DNA of 64,000 nucleotides from Nocardioides sp. (GTDB taxonomy: Bacteria; Actinomycetota; Actinomycetes; Propionibacteriales; Nocardioidaceae). The notes under the pieces are model-generated. The model had not been told where the DNA came from. It searched no databases and worked only from the letters and a program-made list of their open reading frames with translations. Below, piece by piece: positions 29,270 to 37,933 of this stretch. The stretch is from the NCBI GenBank assembly GCA_035707985.1, contig DASSTL010000015.1, positions 26,798-90,797 of the forward strand, read 5' to 3'. A program made the translations under genes and the position numbers. Numbering within the stretch: the first letter of the stretch is position 1; every line of letters starts with the position of its first letter.

Positions 29270-29665
29270 GTGCTTGCCGACGCCTGGCCGACCTTCGCAC
29301 TCCGGATCCGGACACCGCGTCTGACGCTGCGGCTGCCCGCCGAGGAGGAGCTGCCCGCGCTCGCCCAGGTCGCGGCCGACGGCATCCATCACCCGCACGA
29401 GCGCCCGTTCCTGACGCCGTGGACGGAGACGACCCCTGAGAAGCGGGCCCGGAGCGTCCCCGGCGCTTGGCTCATCCAGCAGCGGGTGCGTCACGCGCAA
29501 CACCTTCTCGAGGCCACGGACCTCGGCGTCGACGAGATCGCGGATCGGTCCGGGATGGGCACCGCGGCGTCGCTGCGCACCCACCTGCGCACGCACGTCG
29601 GTGTCTCGCCCGCGGCGTACCGGCGGACCTTCCGCGGCACCGGTCGCTCGGTGACGCCGGTCTAG
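29270..29665 (+). pseudogene. Deletion fusion: RimJ/RimL GNAT N-terminus plus AraC HTH C-terminus
   Basis: WPTFALRIRTPRLTLRLP...ADGIH...PFLTPWT joined in frame near 29457 to PGAWLIQQRVRHAQHLLE.TDL..DEIA..SG...GVSPAAYRRTF. Confidence 0.8.
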
Positions 29666-29778
29666 GCCAGCCAGCGACCGCGAAAGGGCCTGGCCCTACC
29701 AGATGTGGGCTCCACCCGATACGGTCGGTGGCTGGCAGTTGTGTGTTGCCGCCTGTGGGCGGCAGGGGGGGTTCTTGA

Positions 29779-30738
29779 GTGACCGCGCTGTGCCGCGTTC
29801 TGGTGCGCGCTCGGGCACACCGTCGGCCTGCCCGAAAGACCGCCCTGGCCGCGGCGCTGGTCGCGCTGCTGACCCTGCCCCTCGGTGTCGCACACGCCGG
29901 CGAGCGGGCCCAGGACCGTGCCAGCCACCACCACCACCGCCACCACCACCGCCTGAGCCCGTGCGCGCTCGCGACCGGCCGGGCGAGCGCGTGCGCCAGC
30001 ATCCAGATCTACGGGCACCGCGCCATCGGGAACGCCAACGAGAACACCCTGGCGGCGCTGAAGCGTGACGCGAAGCTGAAGGTGCGCTTCGAGTCCGACA
30101 CATGGCGCCTGGCAGCCGCGGACGGCACACCGAACGCGGGGCCGTCGGTGGTGATCCACGACCCGACCCTGCGTCGGACGGTCGATCCGGCCTGTCTGGG
30201 AAGCCTGTCCCCGGACACCAGGGTCGGGCAGGTCACCCTCGCGCAGTGGAAGACCCTGTGCAACCGGACGGGCGAGCCGCTGCCCACGCTCCGGCAGTGG
30301 ATCCGCAAGGCCGGGCGGTGGGGGGTGCCCGGCATCATGGAGGTCAAGTACCTGCCGCGCGACCTGGCCCAGATCGCCGACTGGATCGCCACGAGCGGCG
30401 CCAAGATCTCGTTCTACGTCTCGCCGCACAAGTACCACGGCGTCTGCAACCAGAACTCCGCTGCGGCGCTGTCGGCAGCCGGCCTCACCGTGGGCCTGAA
30501 GGTGTCGTCGGCGTGCCCGGTGTCGCTCGAGGACGCCGCCGCCCTGGGCTACGACTTCGTGATCGGCGGGGATGCCGCCGACCCGGTGTACGTCGCCCAG
30601 GCACATGCCCTCGGTCTGCGGATCGGCAACTACAACTCGCGTCGGGTCGCCACGTGGACCCGCCTCGTGGACGCCGGTGTGGACATGATCATCGCGGCGC
30701 GCCCGAAGCGGCTCCGGGACTGGTTGCGGGGTACGTGA
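29779..30738 (+). CDS. Secreted glycerophosphodiester phosphodiesterase-family protein
   Basis: Signal peptide ending AHA; YGHRA...ENTLAA, ESD, VVIHDPTLRRT; start position uncertain. Confidence 0.75.
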   Translation: MTALCRVLVRARAHRRPARKTALAAALVALLTLPLGVAHAGERAQDRASHHHHRHHHRLSPCALATGRASACASIQIYGHRAIGNANENTLAALKRDAKLKVRFESDTWRLAAADGTPNAGPSVVIHDPTLRRTVDPACLGSLSPDTRVGQVTLAQWKTLCNRTGEPLPTLRQWIRKAGRWGVPGIMEVKYLPRDLAQIADWIATSGAKISFYVSPHKYHGVCNQNSAAALSAAGLTVGLKVSSACPVSLEDAAALGYDFVIGGDAADPVYVAQAHALGLRIGNYNSRRVATWTRLVDAGVDMIIAARPKRLRDWLRGT

Positions 30739-32161
30739 AGTCGGCGTACGTGGGGGGCGCCACCTCCTGGAGCGTGCGCCCGCCCCAGTCGCCCTCGGGC
30801 CAGCGCGACCACACGCGTTCCCCGGCCTCCTGCACCCGTCGGGTCGCGGCCGCGACGTCGGCGCCGAGGACGTGGCCGTCCTCGACGATCGTGCGCCCGT
30901 CGACCAGGACGTCGGCCAGGTCGGACGGCTGCGCGTAGTAGACGAGGTTGCGGATCGGATCGCGCAGCGGCGTCATCGTGAACCCGTCGGCGCGCCAGAA
31001 GAGCAGGTCGGCCTTGGCGCCGGGCGCGACCCGGCCGAGGTCGGGGCGGCCGAGCAGGTCCGCTGCGTTGACGGTCGCGGCGTCGAAGACCTGGCGCGCG
31101 GTCGAGACGTCGGCACGCCGCGAGGCGACCTTCCCGGCGATGGCGGTCCACCGCAGCGACTCGATCATCGACTGCGGGGCGGTGTCGGTGCCCAGGCAGA
31201 TGTTGACCCCGGCCTCGACGTACTCCGGGAACGACTCCATCACGAGCCCGCGCCGGATGAAGCACCAGGCGTTGTAGGACACCGACGTCCCCGACGCCGC
31301 CAGCAGACCGAGGTCGTCGCCGGCGAAGTTCACCCACGAGTTCCCCGAGATGAAGACCGCATGGCCCAGGACCGTGCGCGGGCCGAGGAAGCCGATGTCG
31401 GAGAGCCACTCGACCGGCGTGCGGCCGTGCCGCCGAGTCATCTCGTGGAACTCCCACACGCCCTGCGACGCGTGCAGCGAGATCGGCACCTCGAGGTCGT
31501 CCGCCGCGGCGCGAGAGTCCCGCAGGAGCGCCTCGCTGCAGGTGTCGACCTGGGCGGGCGCCAGGAACCCCTGGACGCGCCCGTCGGCGCGGCCGCGGAT
31601 CCGCTCGACGAACGCCGTGGCCGCCTCGAAGCCGGGGCGACCGTCGTCCTCGCTCCACTCGTACTCGACCCGCTTGCCGTCCGGCGTGAACCAGCGCCCG
31701 GAGCGGTACATCGGCGCGACGTAGCCGCGTAGCCCGCTCGCCTCGATCGCGTCGGCGGCGTACTCCTCGATGCCGCCCATCTGGAGGACGGTGGTGGTGC
31801 CGGTGCGGGCGAGCTCGATCAACGAGTAGTCGAGGCAGGCGCGAGCGCCGTCCTCGTCGAGCCCGGCCATCTCCGTGGGCAGGATCTCGATCAGTCCCGT
31901 CAGCCAGAACTGCCGGTTGCCGACGTCCTCCTGCACCGACTTGTCGATCGGCGACTCGTCGAGATGTGCGTGGGTGTTGATGAAGCCGGGCGTCACGATG
32001 CGGTCCGGGACGTCGACGAACCGGTCCACCGGCTCGGCGTACGACGGACCCACGTGCACGATCCGGTCGTCCTCGACGACCACGCACCCGTCGCGCAGGA
32101 TCCGGTGCTCGCCGTCCTGGAAGGCCACGACCCAGCCGGCCCGGTACAGAGTTCTGGTCAC
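30689..32161 (-). CDS. Amidohydrolase (AtzA/TrzA/SsnA-like chlorohydrolase/deaminase family)
   Basis: PGFINTHAH, GTTT, SLHASQ, LGHA, LGTD, GAKADL. Confidence 0.85.
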   Translation of the reverse strand: MTRTLYRAGWVVAFQDGEHRILRDGCVVVEDDRIVHVGPSYAEPVDRFVDVPDRIVTPGFINTHAHLDESPIDKSVQEDVGNRQFWLTGLIEILPTEMAGLDEDGARACLDYSLIELARTGTTTVLQMGGIEEYAADAIEASGLRGYVAPMYRSGRWFTPDGKRVEYEWSEDDGRPGFEAATAFVERIRGRADGRVQGFLAPAQVDTCSEALLRDSRAAADDLEVPISLHASQGVWEFHEMTRRHGRTPVEWLSDIGFLGPRTVLGHAVFISGNSWVNFAGDDLGLLAASGTSVSYNAWCFIRRGLVMESFPEYVEAGVNICLGTDTAPQSMIESLRWTAIAGKVASRRADVSTARQVFDAATVNAADLLGRPDLGRVAPGAKADLLFWRADGFTMTPLRDPIRNLVYYAQPSDLADVLVDGRTIVEDGHVLGADVAAATRRVQEAGERVWSRWPEGDWGGRTLQEVAPPTYADFTYPATSPGAASGAPR

Positions 32162-32222
32162 AAGTGCCGAGGGTAGGCTTCCCCGGGTCCCGGTCCCGAG
32201 CCTGTGTGGGGGGTTCGACGCT

Positions 32223-33008
32223 TTGCCGCACGCCTTGCGCGTCGTCGTTCCGCTGCTTCTGCTCGCCCCGCTGCTCGGCGCGTGCTTCGGACCCGCGGGC
32301 GGCGCCTCCTCGGACGACGAGGTCCCCGACGTCGCCGCGTGCCGGATGCTCACGCCCGACGACATCGCCCGGCCGAGCAACGACACCGAGACGGTGTCCT
32401 GCGACCGACCCCACACCGCCCAGACGTTCGCGGTGGCGTCGCTGCCTGCGTCGTACGAGGACGCCGGGTACGACGACCCTGACGTCGCGGCCTACGTGTA
32501 CCGCCGGTGCACGGCGGCGTTCATCGACTACACCGGCGCCGACGAGAGCCTGGCGATGCGCACCATCTTGAGCTGGGCCTGGTTCCGCCCGTCGAAGTCG
32601 GCGTGGGAGGCCGGGGCGCGCTGGTACCGCTGCGACGTCGTCGGCGGCGGTGACCAGCTCCGCACTTTCGTCGAGCTGCCCGAGAAGACCGAGGGACTGT
32701 TGCTGGGCCGCCCGAAGGACGACTGGCTGGTCTGCGCGCGTGGCGCGACGGTCGGCCGGTCGGTGAAGGTGCCGTGCTCGGAGAAGCACGACTGGCGGGC
32801 GGTGACCACGATCGTGCTCGGTGAGCCCGGTGACGACTACCCGGGTGACCGGGTGGTCCAGTCGCGCACCCGTGACTTCTGCTCGAAGTCGGTGGGCGCC
32901 TGGCTCGACTACCCGGTCGACTACGACTTCGGCTACTCGTGGTTCCACCGGGCGGAGTGGGACGCCGGCAACCGCCGGTCGGTCTGCTGGGCGAGGACCG
33001 ACACATGA
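32223..33008 (+). CDS. Septum-formation-domain lipoprotein
   Basis: LGAC lipobox; VSCDRPHTAQTF, PSKSAWEAGARWYRC, VPCSEKH, WDAGNRRSVCW; start approximate. Confidence 0.75.
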   Translation: MPHALRVVVPLLLLAPLLGACFGPAGGASSDDEVPDVAACRMLTPDDIARPSNDTETVSCDRPHTAQTFAVASLPASYEDAGYDDPDVAAYVYRRCTAAFIDYTGADESLAMRTILSWAWFRPSKSAWEAGARWYRCDVVGGGDQLRTFVELPEKTEGLLLGRPKDDWLVCARGATVGRSVKVPCSEKHDWRAVTTIVLGEPGDDYPGDRVVQSRTRDFCSKSVGAWLDYPVDYDFGYSWFHRAEWDAGNRRSVCWARTDT

Positions 33009-33832
33009 GCCGGACCCTGGTCGCCCTCGTCACCGCGCTGCTGGCACTTGCGCTCGGCGGCTGCTCCGGCTCCGGCGACTCCTCGGCGGACGCCGGTGGG
33101 ACGCCGGTGCTGCAGTCGCCCACGCCGACCCCGACCGAGACCATCCCGCCGACGCCGCCGAAGCCGCCACGCGTCCGCACCTGCTACCGCCTCGGGTACG
33201 ACGAGGCCCTGGCCCCGACGCGCACCAGGAAGCCCGGTCCCTGCACCGGGCCGCACACCGCCGTCACGTTCTTCGTGGGGCAGTACGACAAGTCACTCCC
33301 CGTCGACGGCGACCAGGTCCACCGGCTCGAGTCGACGGCCTGCCGGCGCCGGTTCGCGGCGTTCGTGGGAGGGACGCTCGAGGAGCGGCGGCTGAGCATG
33401 CTGCGCACGGTGTGGTTCACCCCCACCGTCGAGCAGGCGGCGAAGGGCGCCCACTGGTTCGAGTGCGTCGCGATCGCGCTGCGCGATGACGAGCACCTCG
33501 CGCTGATCCAGGGCCCGGTGAAGGGCGTGCTCGACCGCACCGAAGGCCGCGACCACTACGCGATGTGCGCCACCGCCGAGCCGGGGACCACCGGCTTCCA
33601 GCAACGGATCTGTGCGGCCCCCCACAGCTGGGTGGCGCTGCGGACCGTCACCTTCGCGCAGGGCCCCTACCCGGGCGTCGACAAGGTCCGCTCCGCCGGC
33701 CAGGAGCCGTGCCGGAACGCCGGCGCCGACGCGTCGAGCGACCCGCTCAACTACCGGTGGTCCTACCAGTGGCCGACCGCGCAGCAATGGCGCGACGGAC
33801 GCACGTACGGCGTGTGCTGGGCACCGAGCTGA
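33005..33832 (+). CDS. Septum-formation-domain lipoprotein (paralog)
   Basis: LGGC lipobox; PCTGPHTAVTF, GAHWFEC, ICAAPHSW, PTAQQWRDG..YGVCW. Confidence 0.75.
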   Translation: MSRTLVALVTALLALALGGCSGSGDSSADAGGTPVLQSPTPTPTETIPPTPPKPPRVRTCYRLGYDEALAPTRTRKPGPCTGPHTAVTFFVGQYDKSLPVDGDQVHRLESTACRRRFAAFVGGTLEERRLSMLRTVWFTPTVEQAAKGAHWFECVAIALRDDEHLALIQGPVKGVLDRTEGRDHYAMCATAEPGTTGFQQRICAAPHSWVALRTVTFAQGPYPGVDKVRSAGQEPCRNAGADASSDPLNYRWSYQWPTAQQWRDGRTYGVCWAPS

Positions 33833-33838
33833 GCCCGA

Positions 33839-34777
33839 CTAGAAGCCGAGCCTGCGCAGCTGTTTCGGGTCCCGCTGCCAGTCCTTGGCGATCTTCACGT
33901 GCAGGTCGAGGTAGACCGGCGTGCCGAGCAGCGCCTCGACCTGCTGGCGTGCGTTGGTGCCGACCTGACGCAGTCGCGAGCCGCGGTGGCCGATCACGAT
34001 CCCCTTCTGCGACGACCGCTCGACATACAGGTCGGCCCTGACGTCGAGGAGGGGCTTGTCGGCGGGCCGCCCCTCGCGCAGCTCCATCTCCTCGACGACG
34101 ACGGCGATGGAGTGCGGCAGCTCGTCGCGGACGCCGTCCAGCGCGGCCTCACGGATCAGCTCGGCCACCAGGATCTCCTCGGGAGCGTCGGTGAGGTCGC
34201 CGTCGGGATAGAGCGGTGGTCCCTCCGGCATCAGGCCGACCAGCAGGTCGGCGAGCAGCTGCACCTGGTCTCCGGAGACGGCCGACACCGGCACGACCTC
34301 CTGCCACTCGGTGCCGGTCTCGGTGCCGAGCGCCACGATGTCCTGGAGGTGTGCTGCGATCCGCTCCGGCGACGCGAGGTCGGTCTTGGTCGCCACTGCA
34401 ACCTTCGGCGTACGCCGCACCTTGGCCAGCTCGGTGACGATGAACCGGTCGCCGGGTCCGATCCTCTCGTTGGCGGGGAAGCACACGGCGACGACGTCGA
34501 CCTCGGCCCAGGTGGTGCGCACGAGGTCGTTGAGCCGCTCCCCCAGCAGCGTGCGCGGGCGGTGCAGTCCGGGCGTGTCGACCAGGATCAGCTGCGCGTC
34601 GTCTCGGTGCACGATGCCGCGCACGACGGTGCGGGTCGTCTGCGGCTTGTCGGACGTGATCACGATCTTCTGGCCGACCAGTGCGTTGGTGAGCGTGGAC
34701 TTGCCGGCGTTCGGCCGGCCCACGAACGACGCGAAGCCGCTGCGGTAGCCCTCGGGGAAGGAGTGGAACTCAGACAC
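33839..34777 (-). CDS. era: GTPase Era
   Basis: GRPNAGKST, DTPG, ELPHS, SQKGIVIG KH domain. Confidence 0.97.
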   Translation of the reverse strand: MSEFHSFPEGYRSGFASFVGRPNAGKSTLTNALVGQKIVITSDKPQTTRTVVRGIVHRDDAQLILVDTPGLHRPRTLLGERLNDLVRTTWAEVDVVAVCFPANERIGPGDRFIVTELAKVRRTPKVAVATKTDLASPERIAAHLQDIVALGTETGTEWQEVVPVSAVSGDQVQLLADLLVGLMPEGPPLYPDGDLTDAPEEILVAELIREAALDGVRDELPHSIAVVVEEMELREGRPADKPLLDVRADLYVERSSQKGIVIGHRGSRLRQVGTNARQQVEALLGTPVYLDLHVKIAKDWQRDPKQLRRLGF

Positions 34778-35531
34778 CGCGCGCCTCGTCGTACGCCGCC
34801 CAGATCTCCTCGTCCGACTTCCCCGCGGCCTTGCCCTCGCGCCAGATCGGGCCGGGGTCGACGGCGCGGGGCTTACGGGAGGTGACCGCCCGCCAATAGC
34901 CCATCACGTCGTACGCCGAGTTGGGCAGCCGCCGCTCGCGCATCAGGTGCTTGCGGATCGCCCGCATCTGCGCGGACTCACCGGCCATCCAGAAGTAGCC
35001 GTCCCCCTCGGGCCACTCGATCTGCTCCACCACGTCGGCCAGGCGCGACTGCCCCTCCGCTGGTGGTGCCAGCCAGGTGACGTCCGCGCCGGCGGGGAGG
35101 TAACCGGGCAGGTCGTCCGGCACCTCCGCCCAGATGCGCGTCGGCAGCGAGGTGGTCGACGCGATCCGGTACATCGCCGGCATCGCGGTGAGGTCGCCGA
35201 CCAGGAGCAGCCACGCGGCGTCGGCCGGCGGCGAGTACGAGCCCTGGGGCGAGGTGACGACGGGTCTGTCACCGACGATCTCCCGACTCGCCCACTCCGT
35301 GACGAGCCCCGACTCGTGGATCACGACGTCGATCGTCACGTCGTCGCCGTCGACCGCGCGCACCGTGTAGTAGCGCACCTGGAACTGGCCGGGCACGACG
35401 AGCCCGACCCACTCGTCGGGGACGCCGCTGGAGACGAAGCCCGGGACCGAGAGGGCGAGTCGCACGAGGTGTGGCGACACGCGCTCCTGTCCGGTCACGA
35501 CGGCGTCGTGACGCTCGGCCCGACTGGTCAC
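34770..35531 (-). CDS. Siderophore-interacting protein (FAD-binding)
   Basis: RYYTVR, LLVGDLTAMPA, WMAGES, MGYW. Confidence 0.85.
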   Translation of the reverse strand: MTSRAERHDAVVTGQERVSPHLVRLALSVPGFVSSGVPDEWVGLVVPGQFQVRYYTVRAVDGDDVTIDVVIHESGLVTEWASREIVGDRPVVTSPQGSYSPPADAAWLLLVGDLTAMPAMYRIASTTSLPTRIWAEVPDDLPGYLPAGADVTWLAPPAEGQSRLADVVEQIEWPEGDGYFWMAGESAQMRAIRKHLMRERRLPNSAYDVMGYWRAVTSRKPRAVDPGPIWREGKAAGKSDEEIWAAYDEARGV

Positions 35532-35598
35532 CGGGCCCAATCTAGTCGGAGCGTCAGGGGGGCGGTGACGCGGCCGGGATGGCCGTTAACATCGTCGG

Positions 35599-36651
35599 GT
35601 GCCCGCGCTCGAGTTCTCCACCGAGGCGGGCGCAGACGCGCGCGAGACCGACCTGACCCTGGCCGGAGGCGTGAACTGGCCCCGGGTGCGCTGGGCCGCC
35701 CTCGCCGTGTACGTCGTGGGCTGCGGAGTGTTCCTGGGGCTCCAGGGCATCCCGACCGACCGGCTGGGGATCTACGCCGCGATCATCGTGCTGCTGTCGA
35801 TCGTCATGCTCGGCCGCGGCTGGGCGGCGTGGTGGCAGATGATCTGCGACTGGCTGCCGTTCCAGGCCGTGCTCCTGGCCTACGACTACAGCCGCGGCCT
35901 CGCCACGCCGTACACGACCGGGCAGCTCGAGGCCCACCAGTACCCGGTCACCGGGGTCCAGAACAGCCTCGGGTTGCCGCTCCACGTCCACGCCCCCATC
36001 CGCGCGGACCTCTGGATCGGTGAGCACCTCGGGATGGGTGGGATGCCGACGACGTGGGTCCAGGAGCACCTCCACCCCGGCACCCACGCTCCTTGGTACT
36101 CCGTGCTGGTCAGCCTCACCTACTGCAGCCACTTCCTGGTGATGCCGACGGTCGCGGTCGTCCTCTGGCTGACCAACCGGGACCGCTTCCGGGTGTGGAT
36201 GCGGATGGTCGTCGCGCTGGCCGTGGCCGGGGTGACGACGTACTTCCTCTACCCGATGGCGCCGCCGTGGCTGGCCAACGACCACTCGGTCTTCCCCGGC
36301 GGGACCGTCGGTCGCTACACCTCCGACGGGTTCGACCTGATCGGGCTGCACATGGTCGGCGGCGCGCTCGACCAGGGGCAGCGACTCGTCAACCCGGTGG
36401 CCGCGATGCCGTCGCTGCACATGGCCTACGCCACCCTCGCCGCGGGGTTCTTCTGGTTCGGCGCCCGCTGGTGGGTCCGCTGCCTGCTGCCCCTCTACCC
36501 GCTCGCCATGGGGATCGCCCTGGTCTACGGCGGCGAGCACTACGTCATCGACGAGATCGCCGGCGCGGTCTACGCGCTGGTGATCATCGCAGGCTGGCGC
36601 TGGCTGAGGGCGCGGCGGATCACGCGTGCCTCGGCTCAGGCCTCGGGGTAG
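35599..36651 (+). CDS. PAP2-superfamily membrane protein (Aur1/IPC-synthase-like)
   Basis: YPMAPPW, AAMPSLH, EHYVID motifs and multiple TM segments. Confidence 0.8.
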   Translation: MPALEFSTEAGADARETDLTLAGGVNWPRVRWAALAVYVVGCGVFLGLQGIPTDRLGIYAAIIVLLSIVMLGRGWAAWWQMICDWLPFQAVLLAYDYSRGLATPYTTGQLEAHQYPVTGVQNSLGLPLHVHAPIRADLWIGEHLGMGGMPTTWVQEHLHPGTHAPWYSVLVSLTYCSHFLVMPTVAVVLWLTNRDRFRVWMRMVVALAVAGVTTYFLYPMAPPWLANDHSVFPGGTVGRYTSDGFDLIGLHMVGGALDQGQRLVNPVAAMPSLHMAYATLAAGFFWFGARWWVRCLLPLYPLAMGIALVYGGEHYVIDEIAGAVYALVIIAGWRWLRARRITRASAQASG

Positions 36652-37931
36652 GACGCCTCCATCGGGAACGTCGGCCGCCACGGGTAGGCGTCGTTGCCGT
36701 CCTCGTCGGTCTTCACAGCGAGCACGTGGTGCAGCTGGATCTCGTTGCGCTCGAACGCCAGCCGGGAGCCCGCCATGTACAGACCCCACACCCGCGCCGT
36801 GCCCTCGCCCACCTCGGCCACGCACTCGTCCCAGTGGGTCTCGAGGTTGTGACACCAACCGGCGAGCGTCTTGGCGTAGTGGAGCCGGAAGTTCTCCTCG
36901 TGCATCACCTCGAAGCCGACGTTCTGCGCCTCGGTGATGATGCGGCCCGACCCAGTCAGCTCGCCGTCGGGGAAGACGTAGCGGTCGATGAACGCGCCGG
37001 TCTCCTGGTGGCGGTTGTGCGGGCGGGTGATGCAGTGGTTGAGCAGCCGGCCCTGCGGGCGCAGCCGGTCGCGGAGGAACGAGAAGTACGCCGGGTAGTT
37101 CCTGACGCCGATGTGCTCGGTCAGGCCGATGGACGACACGGCGTCGAAACCGGACTCGGTGACCTCGCGGTAGTCGCTGTGCCGCACCTCGGCGAGGTGG
37201 TCCAGCCCCATCTTCTTGATCTTCTCCTGCGCCCAGGTCGCCTGCTCCCGGGACAGGGTGACGCCGAGCGCCTTGACGCCGTAGTGCTCGGCGGCGTGGC
37301 GGACCATGCCGCCCCAGCCGCAGCCGACGTCGAGCAGCCGCATGCCCGGCTTCAGGTCGAGCTTCTTCGCGACCAGGTCGTACTTGTAGTACTGCGCCTG
37401 CTCCAGCGTCGCGTCGGCGTTCGGGAAGACCGCGCAGGTGTAGGTCATCGAGGGACCGAGGACGTACTCGTAGAAGGTGTTCGAGACGTCGTAGTGGTGG
37501 TGGATCGCCTCGCGGTCGCGCTTGCGCGAGTGGCGCAGGCCCTCGGCGGCCCGGCGCCAGCGCGGGAGGTGCTCCTGCGGCGGCGGGGCGGGCGGCTTGA
37601 GGTGCGAGAGACCGAGGCCGGTCGCCAGCCGGACCGCTTCCGCAGGCGACGGCATCTTGAACTTCAGGCCCTTCTGCAGCGCCTTGAGGCCCTCGTAGGG
37701 GTCGCCCGGGTGGACCCCGGTGACGACCAGGTCACCCGACACGTACGCACGCCCAAGCCCGAGATCGCCCGGCGCCGTCATCAGGTAGGACAGACCCCGT
37801 TCGTTCTTCAGCTCGAAGCCGAAGGGCGCGTCCTCGGGGCCCGCCGCCGAGCCGTCGTATGCCGTGACCCGCAGGGGCAGGTCGCCGTCCACCAGCTGAA
37901 GGAACGCGTCCGCGATCTTCACGCTCGCCAT
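36636..37931 (-). CDS. cfa: Cfa-family SAM-dependent fatty-acyl methyltransferase (TmsB/BfaB-like)
   Basis: HHYDVSN, MTYTCA, LLDVGCGWG, SIGLTEH, RYVFPDG. Confidence 0.88.
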   Translation of the reverse strand: MASVKIADAFLQLVDGDLPLRVTAYDGSAAGPEDAPFGFELKNERGLSYLMTAPGDLGLGRAYVSGDLVVTGVHPGDPYEGLKALQKGLKFKMPSPAEAVRLATGLGLSHLKPPAPPPQEHLPRWRRAAEGLRHSRKRDREAIHHHYDVSNTFYEYVLGPSMTYTCAVFPNADATLEQAQYYKYDLVAKKLDLKPGMRLLDVGCGWGGMVRHAAEHYGVKALGVTLSREQATWAQEKIKKMGLDHLAEVRHSDYREVTESGFDAVSSIGLTEHIGVRNYPAYFSFLRDRLRPQGRLLNHCITRPHNRHQETGAFIDRYVFPDGELTGSGRIITEAQNVGFEVMHEENFRLHYAKTLAGWCHNLETHWDECVAEVGEGTARVWGLYMAGSRLAFERNEIQLHHVLAVKTDEDGNDAYPWRPTFPMEASYPEA

Positions 37932-37933
37932 CT

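Noticed and set aside
29666-29778. Known riboswitch (c-di-AMP, c-di-GMP, TPP, cobalamin)
   Set aside because: Conserved core motifs not recognisable; kept only as an unexplained structure
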